Positions 29,028 to 38,394 are shown, numbered from the stretch's first letter. The stretch is DNA of 64,000 nucleotides from Minisyncoccota bacterium (GCA_031291825.1 JARLIG010000009.1:65281-129280); one strand, 5' to 3'. The notes: generated by a model from the letters alone, not told the origin. Program-made: numbers and translations.

Positions 29028-29614
29028 TCTAATTGCTCTCTTGGCACTTCTTTGTTATCAACCACCACAACTGGACTTTCAGCTGCAATCTTTGTGTATT
29101 TGGAAGAAATTTGGGAAAGTGCGGACATGACTGCCTTGGCATTGTTTAATTTATTTTTACTATTAGACAAGATCTTTCCAGTAATGTCTTTCATACCGGA
29201 AATCTTCACGATGTCACGGATAACCGAACCGGCGACAAGTCCACGTCCTTTGTTTGGTCGTAGTGAGATATGCGAACTAGAGAATTTTGCGGAAAGTTCG
29301 TGAGGAATAGACATCGTTTTGGTCAAATTTAGTCTAATCATATTTTTCTTGGCATTGCGAAGAGCTTTGTTGATAGCGAGCGCGGTGTCTCCAGCTTTTC
29401 CTAAACCTAAACCAACAGCCCCCTTTTTATCACCCGCGATAAGAGCAACACTGAAGGAAAATCTTCGTCCTCCAGCAACTACTCTAGTCACTCGGCGAAT
29501 GTTTAAAATCTTTTGGTCAAACTCTGGCTTGGAGCGTGGAAAAGATGAACCGCCTCTGCGATTATTGTTCTTTCTTCCACTGCCACTGTTTGAATTTTCT
29601 TTTGGTTTTTCCAT
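29015..29614 (-). CDS. rpsE: 30S protein S5
   Basis: RRVTRVVAGGRRFSF. Confidence 0.97.
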   Translation of the reverse strand: MEKPKENSNSGSGRKNNNRRGGSSFPRSKPEFDQKILNIRRVTRVVAGGRRFSFSVALIAGDKKGAVGLGLGKAGDTALAINKALRNAKKNMIRLNLTKTMSIPHELSAKFSSSHISLRPNKGRGLVAGSVIRDIVKISGMKDITGKILSNSKNKLNNAKAVMSALSQISSKYTKIAAESPVVVVDNKEVPREQLEITN

Positions 29615-29643
29615 GTTCTTAATTCGTAATTCGTAATTTTTAA

Positions 29644-29985
29644 TTAGAACTCCAATCCCCCAGCTCGCGCTTCATCAGCCACTAATTTTACACGGCCAGT
29701 ATATTTAAAACCATTTCGGTCAAAGACAACTTTCTTGATTTTGGCTTTCGTGGCATTTAGAGCAATCGCACGACCAACTTCTTTAGCTCTTTCAGTCTTA
29801 GTGCCTTTGGTTGTCTTCACATCACTGGCTTCAGCTAAAGTTTTACCCACCATGTCATTGATCAATTGCGCATAGATAAATTTATTAGAACGAAAAACCG
29901 TGAGTCTTGGACGTTCTGCAGTTCCCACAATCTTGGCTCGGATTTTTCTCTTTAGTCTTATTCTTTTGTCTTGTTTATTTTGCAT
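29644..29985 (-). CDS. rplR: 50S protein L18
   Basis: [23 protein letters not shown]. Confidence 0.97.
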   Translation of the reverse strand: MQNKQDKRIRLKRKIRAKIVGTAERPRLTVFRSNKFIYAQLINDMVGKTLAEASDVKTTKGTKTERAKEVGRAIALNATKAKIKKVVFDRNGFKYTGRVKLVADEARAGGLEF

Positions 29986-30000
29986 AATATTTTTTGTTTG

Positions 30001-30039
30001 AGACGTTGTACATCTTTTAGAGATGTCCAGCGTCTGGAA
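30001..30039. repeat. Family C palindrome after rplF
   Basis: AGACGTTGTACATC-loop-GATGTCCAGCGTCTGGAA. Confidence 0.8.
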
Positions 30040-30044
30040 AATTT

Positions 30045-30578
30045 TTAGACAGTCTTCTTGCCTTGCTTACGTCTAATAACTTCGTCCTCATAACGCATAC
30101 CCTTTCCTTTATAAGGTTCTGGCTTTTTCAAAGCGCGGATGGCAGCTGTAAAACTTCCAACTAATTCTTTATCAATTCCGGAAATTGTGATGTTGTTTTT
30201 TTCAGCGGTAGCGGTGATGCCTTCTGGTATCTTTACGATGACTGGATGAGAAAATCCTAGAGCAAAATTAAAAACATTACCTTTGACTTCAGATTTAAAT
30301 CCGACACCTTCTAAAATTAATTTTTTCTGATAAGGCGTCTCAACTCCTTTAATCATATTTTTGATATGGGAAGCATAAGTACCCCAAAGAGACTTGGAAA
30401 ATTTATCGTTTCTCTTTATGTTTAAAGTAATCATCTTGTCAGCCACAGTGATAGCGATATCGTCTCGGAAAACTCTAGTGAGAGTTCCTTTTGGACCAAC
30501 CACTGTTAAAGAATTGCCACTTTGGGTGACCTTCACTCCTCCCGGTATTAAAATTTCTTGTTTTCCTATTCTTGACAT
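30045..30578 (-). CDS. rplF: 50S protein L6
   Basis: [14 protein letters not shown]. Confidence 0.98.
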   Translation of the reverse strand: MSRIGKQEILIPGGVKVTQSGNSLTVVGPKGTLTRVFRDDIAITVADKMITLNIKRNDKFSKSLWGTYASHIKNMIKGVETPYQKKLILEGVGFKSEVKGNVFNFALGFSHPVIVKIPEGITATAEKNNITISGIDKELVGSFTAAIRALKKPEPYKGKGMRYEDEVIRRKQGKKTV

Positions 30579-30590
30579 AAATTTTTATTA

Positions 30591-30631
30591 TTCCAGACGT
30601 TGGACACCCGTTCTGCGGATGTCCAACGTCT
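30591..30631. repeat. Family C palindrome after rpsH
   Basis: TTCCAGACGTTGGACACCCG-loop-CGGATGTCCAACGTCT. Confidence 0.85.
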
Positions 30632-30637
30632 ATTGTT

Positions 30638-31024
30638 CTACCATACCCTAAACAACGCCTCGCCCCCAACTTGTTCTTTGCGAGCCACCTTACCTGATAA
30701 AATTCCTTTTGGTGTTGAAAGTACAAGTAAACCAGTGCCATTGCGGACAGAGTGAATATCTTTCATACCATAATAAACTCGGCGTGATTGCTTGGAGATT
30801 CTTTCAACTTCAGTTATTTTTGGCTTTTTGTCTGCATAAACCAATTTTACTTCCAAAACAGGAATACCCTTTTTTACTTTCTTGGTAACTTCAGAAAGGT
30901 AGCCTTCCTTTTTCAAACATTCACCAATAGCCAGCTTCATTTTTGAATATGGAAAACTCACAGACTCAAGACCTGCGAGACTACCGTTCTTCATTATTAT
31001 TATCATGTTTGAAATTGAATCCAT
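30638..31024 (-). CDS. rpsH: 30S protein S8
   Basis: RISKQSRRVY, STPKG, VGGE. Confidence 0.97.
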   Translation of the reverse strand: MDSISNMIIIMKNGSLAGLESVSFPYSKMKLAIGECLKKEGYLSEVTKKVKKGIPVLEVKLVYADKKPKITEVERISKQSRRVYYGMKDIHSVRNGTGLLVLSTPKGILSGKVARKEQVGGEALFRVW

Positions 31025-31029
31025 AAAAT

Positions 31030-31215
31030 TTACCAGCTTGATTTACGAACACCCGGAAGCATTCCTTCATTTGCTAATTCTCGAAAACAAATACGGCAAA
31101 TACCAAAGTCACGCATAAAAGCGTTGCCTCTTCCGCAACGAAAACATCGATTTTTCTGTCGAGTAGAAAATTTTGGTGTCTTTAAAGCTCTTGCTTTGAC
31201 TGATGTTTTTGCCAT
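31030..31215 (-). CDS. rpsN: 30S protein S14, zinc type
   Basis: RCFRCGR...CRICFRE, KSSW. Confidence 0.97.
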   Translation of the reverse strand: MAKTSVKARALKTPKFSTRQKNRCFRCGRGNAFMRDFGICRICFRELANEGMLPGVRKSSW

Positions 31216-31437
31216 CCCATTAAAAAAATTAAAATAATAAACTTACTGCTTCTTACAAGTCCACTGATTTTCTAACGGGACAAGTAAATAATTACTGGGA
31301 TTGCTTCGTTAATATCTCACTTTTTTTCTTTAAGTCTTTAAAAGTAAAGATTCAAAGGAGAAAAATGGATTAATCAAAGCCCTATTCCCTTGCGTAGAAT
31401 ACTAGCAGATTAAAAACAATTAGTCAAACATATGTAC

Positions 31438-31989
31438 TTATTTACATATATAAGCTGGAGTAGAAATTTTCCATGCCCAACTAGAGAAAGATGTACCACA
31501 CTGAGTAACGGCACCACCCTCCCTGGCGGGGTCAATAAAAGTAGGATATTGGGCATACATGGAATTAGTCCAGCCAACATCCGAGATGGCGAGATCTAGA
31601 AGAGCATAATCGGTGCCATTAGATTTATAGAGATAACAACTAGTACTATTAGTTGCGTTCATAGTAGGGTCAGCGGGAAAAGTAGGCATATACGTAGAAA
31701 CAAGACCTGGAATAACTGCATTAGCAGCAAAACTACCCCAAGAAGCACATTGACTTTGCGAAGCCCCCCCAGTTGTTGGATATACTCCATAGTCATCATA
31801 GTAATTTTCTAACGCTGTTTGAATTTCTCTCATATCAGACAATCTTCTTGCGATGTTGGCCTTGAGACGTGCAGCATTGACACTAGATAAAACAATCGTG
31901 GAAAGTAGCCCAATAATGGCAACCACCACCAAAAGTTCAATTAAAGTGAAACCTCGATGAGTATTTTTATATGCTTTTAATAACTTCAT
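31438..31989 (-). CDS. Type IV pilin / GspG-like prepilin
   Basis: Class III signal RG|FTLIELLVVVAIIG; ALENYYDDYGVYP; PADP; start moved to MKLLK. Confidence 0.9.
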   Translation of the reverse strand: MKLLKAYKNTHRGFTLIELLVVVAIIGLLSTIVLSSVNAARLKANIARRLSDMREIQTALENYYDDYGVYPTTGGASQSQCASWGSFAANAVIPGLVSTYMPTFPADPTMNATNSTSCYLYKSNGTDYALLDLAISDVGWTNSMYAQYPTFIDPAREGGAVTQCGTSFSSWAWKISTPAYICK

Positions 31990-31990
31990 C

Positions 31991-32251
31991 TTAATGAGGA
32001 TAGGTTGGGTTATTTTGATTAGTCGACTGTACGTTATTTGACACATCAAAGTGAATAAATAAAACAATAGAAACGACGACAATTAATATTATAAGTCCAA
32101 ATAAAATCCATTCTGCTTTTCGTGGGTCTTTTACTAATCCACCTGAATTTTTCATAATAAATAATATCACTGCAGGGGCAGCTGTCTCATCGTACAGTTT
32201 AATGGCTTTATATTTTTTAGTATTATTGGGAATTGGTGGTTGGTCACTCAT
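31991..32251 (-). CDS. Small single-TM protein, paralog of 32313-32726
   Basis: Shares N-terminus MSDQPPIPNN and a C-terminal TM ending LFIHF. Confidence 0.75.
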   Translation of the reverse strand: MSDQPPIPNNTKKYKAIKLYDETAAPAVILFIMKNSGGLVKDPRKAEWILFGLIILIVVVSIVLFIHFDVSNNVQSTNQNNPTYPH

Positions 32252-32312
32252 GGTTATATTATATCTAAAATTATTTTAATGACAAGCACTAGAAGTATAA
32301 AATTTGCAATTA

Positions 32313-32726
32313 TTACGGAAAGGTTGAGTCAATTTTACTAGTTGGTGGTACAGGATTTGGGAGATTGAAGTGAATAAATAAAAACACAGAAAAAGCAACC
32401 ATTAATATTACAAACCCTAAGAGTATCGATTCTGCTTGTCTTTGAGTTTTAACTGCGCCTCTGGATAATTTCATAACCATTTTAACCATTCCTGGAGTAG
32501 CTTTTTCTTGATAAGCTGAGATAGCAGCTTGAGCGGATGTCGCCGTTAAAATATCAGTGTCAAAGCTGACTCCATCTATATCATTTTTTCTTGGAATTTC
32601 TGGAATTTTTGTAGTTGAAGCAGAAACTGCTTGTAAAGATTGTCCAGTGTGATATTTACTAGCTTCAAATTCTTTAAGAGCTGCGTCTATTTCAGCGTTA
32701 TTAGGAATAGGTGGTTGATCACTCAT
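32313..32726 (-). CDS. Single-TM protein, paralog of 31991-32251
   Basis: MSDQPPIPNN; MKLSRGAVKTQRQAE aligns with MKNSGGLVKDPRKAE. Confidence 0.75.
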   Translation of the reverse strand: MSDQPPIPNNAEIDAALKEFEASKYHTGQSLQAVSASTTKIPEIPRKNDIDGVSFDTDILTATSAQAAISAYQEKATPGMVKMVMKLSRGAVKTQRQAESILLGFVILMVAFSVFLFIHFNLPNPVPPTSKIDSTFP

Positions 32727-32763
32727 GATTCTATTATAAAGAAAATATATATAATGACAAGCA

Positions 32764-32791
32764 AAAATACCCCCAAAGTAGGGAGTATTTT
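32764..32791. terminator. Terminator after rplE
   Basis: AAAATACCCCC-AAAGTA-GGGAGTATTTT. Confidence 0.7.
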
Positions 32792-32815
32792 GAGTTTTAA
32801 TTATTTATTTAAGGC

Positions 32816-33385
32816 TTATTTTTTCTTTTCTTCTCCTTTTTTAAAAGGAACTCCGAGAATTTCAAAAAATGTTGTACCTTCTTTTTTGTTTTTAGCAGTT
32901 GAAACTAAGGTAATAGACATACCGAAAACATCGCGGATGTCCTCATCAGCTGTTTCTGGAAAAATTGTATGCTCTTTTATGCCAATAGTCAGATTGCCGA
33001 TATTATCGACAGCTGTGCGATTAATGCCTCGGAAGTCTTTGGTTCGAGGTAAGGCAACATTTACTAATTTTTCAATAAAAGCGTACATTCTCTTGCCACG
33101 CAATGTGACAACAATACCGACAGGGTCCCCTTGGCGAATCTTGAAGGATGAAATGGATTGCTTGGCACCTCGCAAAGCACCTTTTTGTCCAGTAATTTTT
33201 GCCAAACGGTCTGCAATAGCGTCATTCTTGTTTTTGTCTTTCTTCATCTGTGTGCCAGTGCCACTGTTAACCACTACTTTTTTTAGTCGTGGAGCTGCCA
33301 TCGCATTTTTGAAATGAAAAACTTCTTTCATCTTTGGAAATGCTTCTGTTTCTTTTTCTTTAATTGTTTTATGTGTTGTTGCCAT
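32816..33385 (-). CDS. rplE: 50S protein L5
   Basis: KITGQK, VTLRG, LPRTKDFRG, IFPE. Confidence 0.98.
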   Translation of the reverse strand: MATTHKTIKEKETEAFPKMKEVFHFKNAMAAPRLKKVVVNSGTGTQMKKDKNKNDAIADRLAKITGQKGALRGAKQSISSFKIRQGDPVGIVVTLRGKRMYAFIEKLVNVALPRTKDFRGINRTAVDNIGNLTIGIKEHTIFPETADEDIRDVFGMSITLVSTAKNKKEGTTFFEILGVPFKKGEEKKK

Positions 33386-33390
33386 AATAT

Positions 33391-33609
33391 TTAATCTACC
33401 TTTTTAACATTGGAAACGTTGATTGGCATAGCTACACTCACCATTGTTCCCTTTTCTCCAGACTTTCTAGGGCGCTGATGTTTCTTCATCATGTTTAAAC
33501 CATCAATGATAACTTTGTTTTCTTTTACCAAAGCACGAACAACCTTGCCAGACTTTCCTTTGTCCTTACCGGTAATAACTTTTACATTGTCTCCTTTTTT
33601 TATTTTCAT
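33391..33609 (-). CDS. rplX: 50S protein L24 (short)
   Basis: IKKGDNVKVITGKDKGK KOW motif, SNV. Confidence 0.95.
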   Translation of the reverse strand: MKIKKGDNVKVITGKDKGKSGKVVRALVKENKVIIDGLNMMKKHQRPRKSGEKGTMVSVAMPINVSNVKKVD

Positions 33610-33622
33610 ATACTTTGTTTTA

Positions 33623-33668
33623 TTCCAGATGTCGGTATTCTGCTTTAGCAGAAGCCTGACATCTGGAA
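33623..33668. repeat. Family C palindrome after rplN (diverged)
   Basis: TTCCAGATGTCGG...CTGACATCTGGAA. Confidence 0.7.
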
Positions 33669-33676
33669 TTAATTTT

Positions 33677-34048
33677 TTAAATCACTTCCTGCGCCAAAGA
33701 AATTATCTTTTGGAAACCCTTCTCCGCCAACTCTCTTGGTATTGGTCCGAAAACACGACCTGCCTTAGGGTCTTTCTTGCCTTTTTCTAAAATAACTACT
33801 GCGTTGTCATCAAAGCGGATATAGGAACCATCCTTTCGGCGATAAGCACCACGTGTGCGGACGACGACAGCTTGATGCACGTCTTTCTTTTTAACTGCTT
33901 TTCTGGGACTAGCTACTTTGACAGAAATGATGACCAACTCACCGAGTGTAGCATATCTCTTTTTAGAAGAGCCCAAAATCTTGAACACCTTTCCTACGGT
34001 GCCTCCGGCATTGTCTGTTATTTTTACTAAGGTTTCATTTTGAATCAT
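33677..34048 (-). CDS. rplN: 50S protein L14
   Basis: MIQ, DNAG, FDDNAVV, RVFGP. Confidence 0.98.
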   Translation of the reverse strand: MIQNETLVKITDNAGGTVGKVFKILGSSKKRYATLGELVIISVKVASPRKAVKKKDVHQAVVVRTRGAYRRKDGSYIRFDDNAVVILEKGKKDPKAGRVFGPIPRELAEKGFQKIISLAQEVI

Positions 34049-34052
34049 AAAT

Positions 34053-34322
34053 TTATTCTTTGGAAATTACTTTAAATCTCTTATCTTTAGAAATTGGTTT
34101 GGTTTCGACAATTTCTACGGTATCCCCTATTTTATAAACATTCCCTTCGTCATGCGCCTTGTATTTCTTGCTGACTTTATAAAACTTTCCATAAAGTGGG
34201 TGCTTCACAAACCTGGAAACCGACACGACGACAGTCTTGTCCATCTTGTCTGAAGTGACTACCCCCTTTAAGGTTTTTCCTTTGACCTCTTCGGTATTCT
34301 CTTTTTTTATTTTTGTTTTCAT
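34053..34322 (-). CDS. rpsQ: 30S protein S17
   Basis: [24 protein letters not shown]. Confidence 0.98.
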   Translation of the reverse strand: MKTKIKKENTEEVKGKTLKGVVTSDKMDKTVVVSVSRFVKHPLYGKFYKVSKKYKAHDEGNVYKIGDTVEIVETKPISKDKRFKVISKE

Positions 34323-34353
34323 AAATTCGTAATTCGTAATTTTTAATCCGTAA

Positions 34354-34548
34354 TTATTTTTTATTTAATTCGGTCATTGCTCTGGCAATTTGTTTTTTTA
34401 AAATGGTGGACTCTTTTACATTCTTTGATCTTGAACCTTCCGCTTTAAAATGAATCACACGCAAAGCTTCCCTTAAGGACACTAATTCCTTTTTGAGTTC
34501 TGCCTCTTTCATCTCTTTAAAATTTACTTTGGTATTTTTCTTTGCCAT
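34354..34548 (-). CDS. rpmC: 50S protein L29
   Basis: KKQIARAMT; synteny. Confidence 0.9.
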   Translation of the reverse strand: MAKKNTKVNFKEMKEAELKKELVSLREALRVIHFKAEGSRSKNVKESTILKKQIARAMTELNKK

Positions 34549-34559
34549 ATATTTAAATA

Positions 34560-34988
34560 TTATTGCTTATGCGCTCGGGAAATAATTCTGGTCTTAAGTG
34601 GAAGCTTGGTTCCAGCTTTGCGTAATGCCTCACGAGCAACTTTTTCTTCCGCTCCATCAACTTCAAAAATAATTCTACCTGGTAAAACATCAAAACAATA
34701 TCCTTGTGGGTCACCCTTACCCTTTCCCATGCCTACCTCAGCCGCTTTAGCTGTATAAGGACGGTCTGGAAAAACACGAATCCAATATTTTCCAGTTTTA
34801 GTTAAGGTTCGAGAAATAACTTTTCGAGCAGCTTCAAGTTGGTTTGATTTTACGCGTGATTGAGATTCAGACTTCAAGCCGAAAGAACCGAAGGCAAGCT
34901 TGGTGCCACGAGTATCTGGATTTCGAGACTTGGGATTATTGCGTCCAGTCTGCCACTTTCTAAATTTTACTTTTTTCGGTACTAACAT
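34560..34988 (-). CDS. rplP: 50S protein L16
   Basis: PKKVKFRK, WIRVFPD, MGKGKG. Confidence 0.98.
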   Translation of the reverse strand: MLVPKKVKFRKWQTGRNNPKSRNPDTRGTKLAFGSFGLKSESQSRVKSNQLEAARKVISRTLTKTGKYWIRVFPDRPYTAKAAEVGMGKGKGDPQGYCFDVLPGRIIFEVDGAEEKVAREALRKAGTKLPLKTRIISRAHKQ

Positions 34989-34991
34989 AAA

Positions 34992-35717
34992 TTAATCCGT
35001 CTTTTGTTTACTTTCTAATGAATTTTTTTCTCCGCCCTCTAAAGAAGCACGAGTTGGTTTTTTATCAGCAAAAATTTTACCACGATAAATCCAGACTTTG
35101 ATACCGACGACTCCATAAGAAAGGGTTGCTCGTTCACGCTTGAAATCGATGTCCGCGCGGAAAGACTGAAGTGGAACACTTCCTCGCTTAAGTTCTTCCG
35201 TACGAGCAATTTCAGCTCCACCTAAACGTCCACCCAATACGATTCTCGCACCCTCTACGCCATGCGCTTGCATAACTTTTTCGATGATTTGTTTAATGAC
35301 TCGACGATAAGGCATTCTTTTCTCTAATCCTTCAGCGATCATGTAAGCGACAATCGCAGCATCAGCTTCAGGGTTGGTGATTTCTACGATTTCTAGCTTA
35401 AAATCTTCAGGCTTTGGAAGTCCAAGCTTGTCCATCTTTTTTAAGATATCTTCTTTAAGTTTGGTTGCGCCTTCGCCGTTTCTACCGATAATCAAACCTG
35501 GACGAGAAGTCTTAATAATGAAACGAGTAGCTTTTCGGCTTCTCTCAATTTCAATTGTAGACACATACATCCCGCGTAATTTTTTAGTTAAATATTCACG
35601 AATCAAAACATCACCTTTTAAGTAAGCGACATATTTTTTAGGGTCGGCAAACCAACGAGACTTCCAGTCTCTTAATATAATCAATCTATGCGCATATGGG
35701 TGAACTATTTTTGACAT
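34992..35717 (-). CDS. rpsC: 30S protein S3
   Basis: RPGLIIG, GRLGGAEIAR, GIKVWI. Confidence 0.98.
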   Translation of the reverse strand: MSKIVHPYAHRLIILRDWKSRWFADPKKYVAYLKGDVLIREYLTKKLRGMYVSTIEIERSRKATRFIIKTSRPGLIIGRNGEGATKLKEDILKKMDKLGLPKPEDFKLEIVEITNPEADAAIVAYMIAEGLEKRMPYRRVIKQIIEKVMQAHGVEGARIVLGGRLGGAEIARTEELKRGSVPLQSFRADIDFKRERATLSYGVVGIKVWIYRGKIFADKKPTRASLEGGEKNSLESKQKTD

Positions 35718-35718
35718 T

Positions 35719-36120
35719 TTATTTTTTTGCTACTTTTTTAACTACTACTTTTGCCTTTTTAACATCTTTAACTTCTTTGGTCTTTTTCACAGCAACAACT
35801 TTCTCCGCCAAGAGAAGGTTGATGTGACTGGTGCGTTTATTAATACGGTGCCCAGTTCCCATGGCAGCCGGCATCATTCTCTTCATTACAATACCTTTAT
35901 CTACTCGCAATTCTTTGATAAATAAATTTTCACTTTCAATTCCCATTTGTTTAGCATTGGCAACAGCAGAAAGTAAAAGTTTCTTGATCGGTAATCCAGC
36001 ACGCTTCGCCAAAAAATCTAGCTCCGCCACAGCTTGAGCTACACCTTTTCCCTTAATGAGTCCCGCCACAAGGCGAACCTTTCTAGGTGATTGTCTGTAA
36101 TTTTTTAAAAATGCTTTCAT
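35719..36120 (-). CDS. rplV: 50S protein L22 with Lys-rich tail
   Basis: RQSPRKVRLV, SAVANA, KRTSHI. Confidence 0.97.
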   Translation of the reverse strand: MKAFLKNYRQSPRKVRLVAGLIKGKGVAQAVAELDFLAKRAGLPIKKLLLSAVANAKQMGIESENLFIKELRVDKGIVMKRMMPAAMGTGHRINKRTSHINLLLAEKVVAVKKTKEVKDVKKAKVVVKKVAKK

Positions 36121-36152
36121 GATAATTAATTATTTATAGTGAGTATATAGAA

Positions 36153-36500
36153 CTATTTTTTCTTAGCATCGTCAGCGGCTGCAGTCGCACCTTTGGCGGC
36201 GGTTATTTCTGCTTCCTTTTTCTTCTGTTCGAGTTCTTTCTGCATCTTTCCTCCGTGCTTGATAAATTTCTTAGTTGGAGAAAATTCACCCAATCGGTGG
36301 CCCACCATATCTTCGGTGACTAAAACTTCGATGTGAACCTTGCCGTTATAAACGCCAAAAGTAAAACCGAGCATTTCTGGAGAAATAACAGCAGCTCTTT
36401 TCCAAGTCTTTACCATAGGAGTATTGAGCGGGTTTTTACCAGCAATCTTTGATAAGAGCCTCTCGTCAACGTTTAATCCTTTTTTAATACTTCGTGTCAT
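36153..36500 (-). CDS. rpsS: 30S protein S19
   Basis: RSIKKG, MVGHRLGEFSPT. Confidence 0.98.
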   Translation of the reverse strand: MTRSIKKGLNVDERLLSKIAGKNPLNTPMVKTWKRAAVISPEMLGFTFGVYNGKVHIEVLVTEDMVGHRLGEFSPTKKFIKHGGKMQKELEQKKKEAEITAAKGATAAADDAKKK

Positions 36501-36529
36501 AATAAAAAGCTCCTAACGAGCTTGGATTT

Positions 36530-36557
36530 ATACTAACAAATAAGGAAAAATTGTCAA
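36530..36557 (-). promoter_or_regulatory. Re-start promoter for rpsS and downstream genes
   Basis: TTGACA...TGTTAGTAT upstream of rpsS, just after the island terminator. Confidence 0.7.
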
Positions 36558-36621
36558 CTAGATTTTTAAAAACCATTATGTTAAAAAGCTCAAATCAAAA
36601 AACTACTTTTTTGGTTTAAAT

Positions 36622-36748
36622 AAAAATACGGGACTAGCAAAATTAGCTGCTAGTCCCGTTGCTTTGGATGTGTAGAAGGATTCTCAGTTCTTCTACCGCA
36701 TGAGATAGCTCTACGGTGGAGACCAATCCAAAAGAACTATCCTGCTCG
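36622..36748 (-). ncRNA. Candidate small structured RNA (last unit of the island) with intrinsic terminator
   Basis: TATACT at 36755-36760; stems AGTTCTTTT/AGAAGAACT and ACCGTA/TGCGGT; 12 bp terminator stem 36628-36659. Confidence 0.45.
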
Positions 36749-36844
36749 AAATATAGTATACAGAAAAAAATAAAGCAAATAAAAATCGCCCAGAAATACT
36801 GATGGCCGGCTCCGCGTGTTACGCGAAACCGGCCGTGTTGATGG

Positions 36845-37093
36845 TTACTTTTTGGTTCCTGCGATAACGCACAGGACCCCGAATCCAATCCCTATTGTCG
36901 CGATAATTCCGCGCGAAAGTAAGAGTTGCGTGCCAACGTGATGGTCAGGTCCCATCTGAATGAATACGTCGGCGAAGTGTGTGCCGGCGATGAGCGAGAC
37001 GATTCCAACGTACGGGCAAACTTTGTCCCAAACCCTATCCCAAAAATCGGTCTGGTTCTCGTTGGCGTTTTCGTCCAAAAATTCAAGAGGCAT
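36845..37093 (-). CDS. Small two-TM protein (82 aa)
   Basis: SD GGAG before MPLEF; two hydrophobic segments; hairpin 36802-36836 follows. Confidence 0.6.
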   Translation of the reverse strand: MPLEFLDENANENQTDFWDRVWDKVCPYVGIVSLIAGTHFADVFIQMGPDHHVGTQLLLSRGIIATIGIGFGVLCVIAGTKK

Positions 37094-37142
37094 CTTGTTC
37101 TCCGTGTTTCTCGCGCACATCTGTACGCGTGTTGATTGCCGG

Positions 37143-37331
37143 TTAGTCGTGGCGATGACGTGATAAATACCATACACCAAAGGGAAGAACGATCGCAGAA
37201 ATCACTCGTAACCACATCTCGGAGCTAGGTCCAAAAACCAGAATTAACCCGGCAACGATGACTAACGTGAAAACGATCCCCGCTTGCGCTCCCTCATTCG
37301 TAGTATCTACATCTTGCCGCTGAGTTTGCAT
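37143..37331 (-). CDS. Small two-TM protein (62 aa)
   Basis: TTGACT-17-TATGTT promoter (37381-37353) and SD AAGGAG. Confidence 0.7.
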   Translation of the reverse strand: MQTQRQDVDTTNEGAQAGIVFTLVIVAGLILVFGPSSEMWLRVISAIVLPFGVWYLSRHRHD

Positions 37332-37394
37332 GGAATGTACTCCTTCCCCTATAACATATCACATAATATCCTAAAAGTCAAGTAAAAATTGGGC

Positions 37395-37552
37395 AAAAAA
37401 AACGGGCTTCCGGTGTGAACACAGAAGCCCGTTGGGAGAATGGTGCAAATGGCGCAATCCATCCCCTGATAGGTGGTATCAAGGGAGCCAATGGGGCTAC
37501 AACCATCAAGGCATAGTCATTGAAGGGAGCCACCTCCTCAATACCACCGTCC
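37395..37552 (-). ncRNA. Candidate sRNA with promoter and intrinsic terminator
   Basis: TTGTAT..TGTTATATT promoter; stem GGTGGTATTGAGG/CCTTGATACCACC; terminator CGGGCTTC/GAAGCCCG plus T8. Confidence 0.5.
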
Positions 37553-37615
37553 GATAATATAACATACTTATAAAAAAATACAAGTCCAGATAATAAAATT
37601 TGGGTAAACAAGGTA

Positions 37616-37647
37616 ATGGGGTTCGCCGACAGAATCGACGAACCCCA
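37616..37647. repeat. 32 bp hairpin, exact duplicate of 37990-38021
   Basis: ATGGGGTTCGCCGACAGAATCGACGAACCCCA. Confidence 0.95.
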
Positions 37648-37657
37648 TTTTGAAGCC

Positions 37658-37837
37658 TTAGTAGCAGCCTCGATTGTCGTAGCGTATGAGCGCAGGACGC
37701 TCACGCGGAGCACGCACTGCAAGTTTGACGGCTTCGTACCCATCATCTGAGGAGTGAGCAACGAATGGCTCACCGCGACGGTAAGTAGAAGCGGAAACAA
37801 CGGTAAGTGTTTGCGGTACTTTTGTGTTCTTCTTCAT
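37658..37837 (-). CDS. Small protein (59 aa), island unit 3
   Basis: SD GAGGA before MKKNTKV; shared promoter at 37942-37970. Confidence 0.6.
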   Translation of the reverse strand: MKKNTKVPQTLTVVSASTYRRGEPFVAHSSDDGYEAVKLAVRAPRERPALIRYDNRGCY

Positions 37838-37941
37838 CTCAAGTCCTCTGTGTGGATAGGTTGGCTTCCCATCCTCTGCTGTGAACATTGACATTGTGCT
37901 CTGCTTACATTGGACAAACAAAGCAGGAACTTCTTATCTTT

Positions 37942-37970
37942 ATTTATACCACTTAAAATAATTAACACAA
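37942..37970 (-). promoter_or_regulatory. Island promoter motif, copy 3
   Basis: TTGTGTTAATTATTTTAAGTGGTATAAAT. Confidence 0.7.
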
Positions 37971-37989
37971 GGGGAAAGTAAACATGAAG

Positions 37990-38021
37990 ATGGGGTTCGC
38001 CGACAGAATCGACGAACCCCA
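37990..38021. repeat. 32 bp hairpin, exact duplicate of 37616-37647
   Basis: Identical 32-mer. Confidence 0.95.
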
Positions 38022-38034
38022 AATTTGATATCTG

Positions 38035-38244
38035 CTACACCCGATACATCAATCTGTCTCCCCTCTCTGCTGACAGAGGAGACGCGACCACCTTCGGCTC
38101 AACACCACGCCGTGCGTCGTCGAATGCCTTCGACAAACCTCCAGGCTGTTCTCCTTCTTGCCGAGATTGGTTGTATTTCAAAAGAGACTGCTTTGAAGAC
38201 TGGTTGCTCTGATGTCTTGATCCTGAAGCGCTTGATTTGCTCAT
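38035..38244 (-). CDS. Small Ser/Gln-rich, probably disordered protein (69 aa), island unit 2
   Basis: SD AAGGAG before MSKSSAS. Confidence 0.65.
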   Translation of the reverse strand: MSKSSASGSRHQSNQSSKQSLLKYNQSRQEGEQPGGLSKAFDDARRGVEPKVVASPLSAERGDRLMYRV

Positions 38245-38307
38245 CGTTTCTCCTTGAGGGGTTGTGTTTGTTAAACAACTTAAACTAAAAAGGTGCATAT
38301 CTTTTTT

Positions 38308-38336
38308 AGTTATAACACTTAATTAAAATAACACAA
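38308..38336 (-). promoter_or_regulatory. Island promoter motif, copy 2
   Basis: TTGTGTTATTTTAATTAAGTGTTATAACT. Confidence 0.7.
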
Positions 38337-38367
38337 GGTAAAATTTTTAAATTGAGTAGACATAGCG

Positions 38368-38394
38368 AGGGCGCCGAGTTGGTCTCGGCGCCCT
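38368..38394. other. GC-rich hairpin closing island unit 1
   Basis: AGGGCGCCGAG-TTGGT-CTCGGCGCCCT; no U-tract. Confidence 0.75.

Noticed and set aside
37378-37800. 140 aa ORF in the track
   Set aside because: Runs through a hairpin, an AT-rich promoter and a terminator, and overlaps the better supported 59 aa ORF
37616-38021. 32 bp direct repeat as a CRISPR array or integron attC
   Set aside because: Only two copies, 342 bp apart, no cas or intI gene, and no RYYYAAC/GTTRRRY ends
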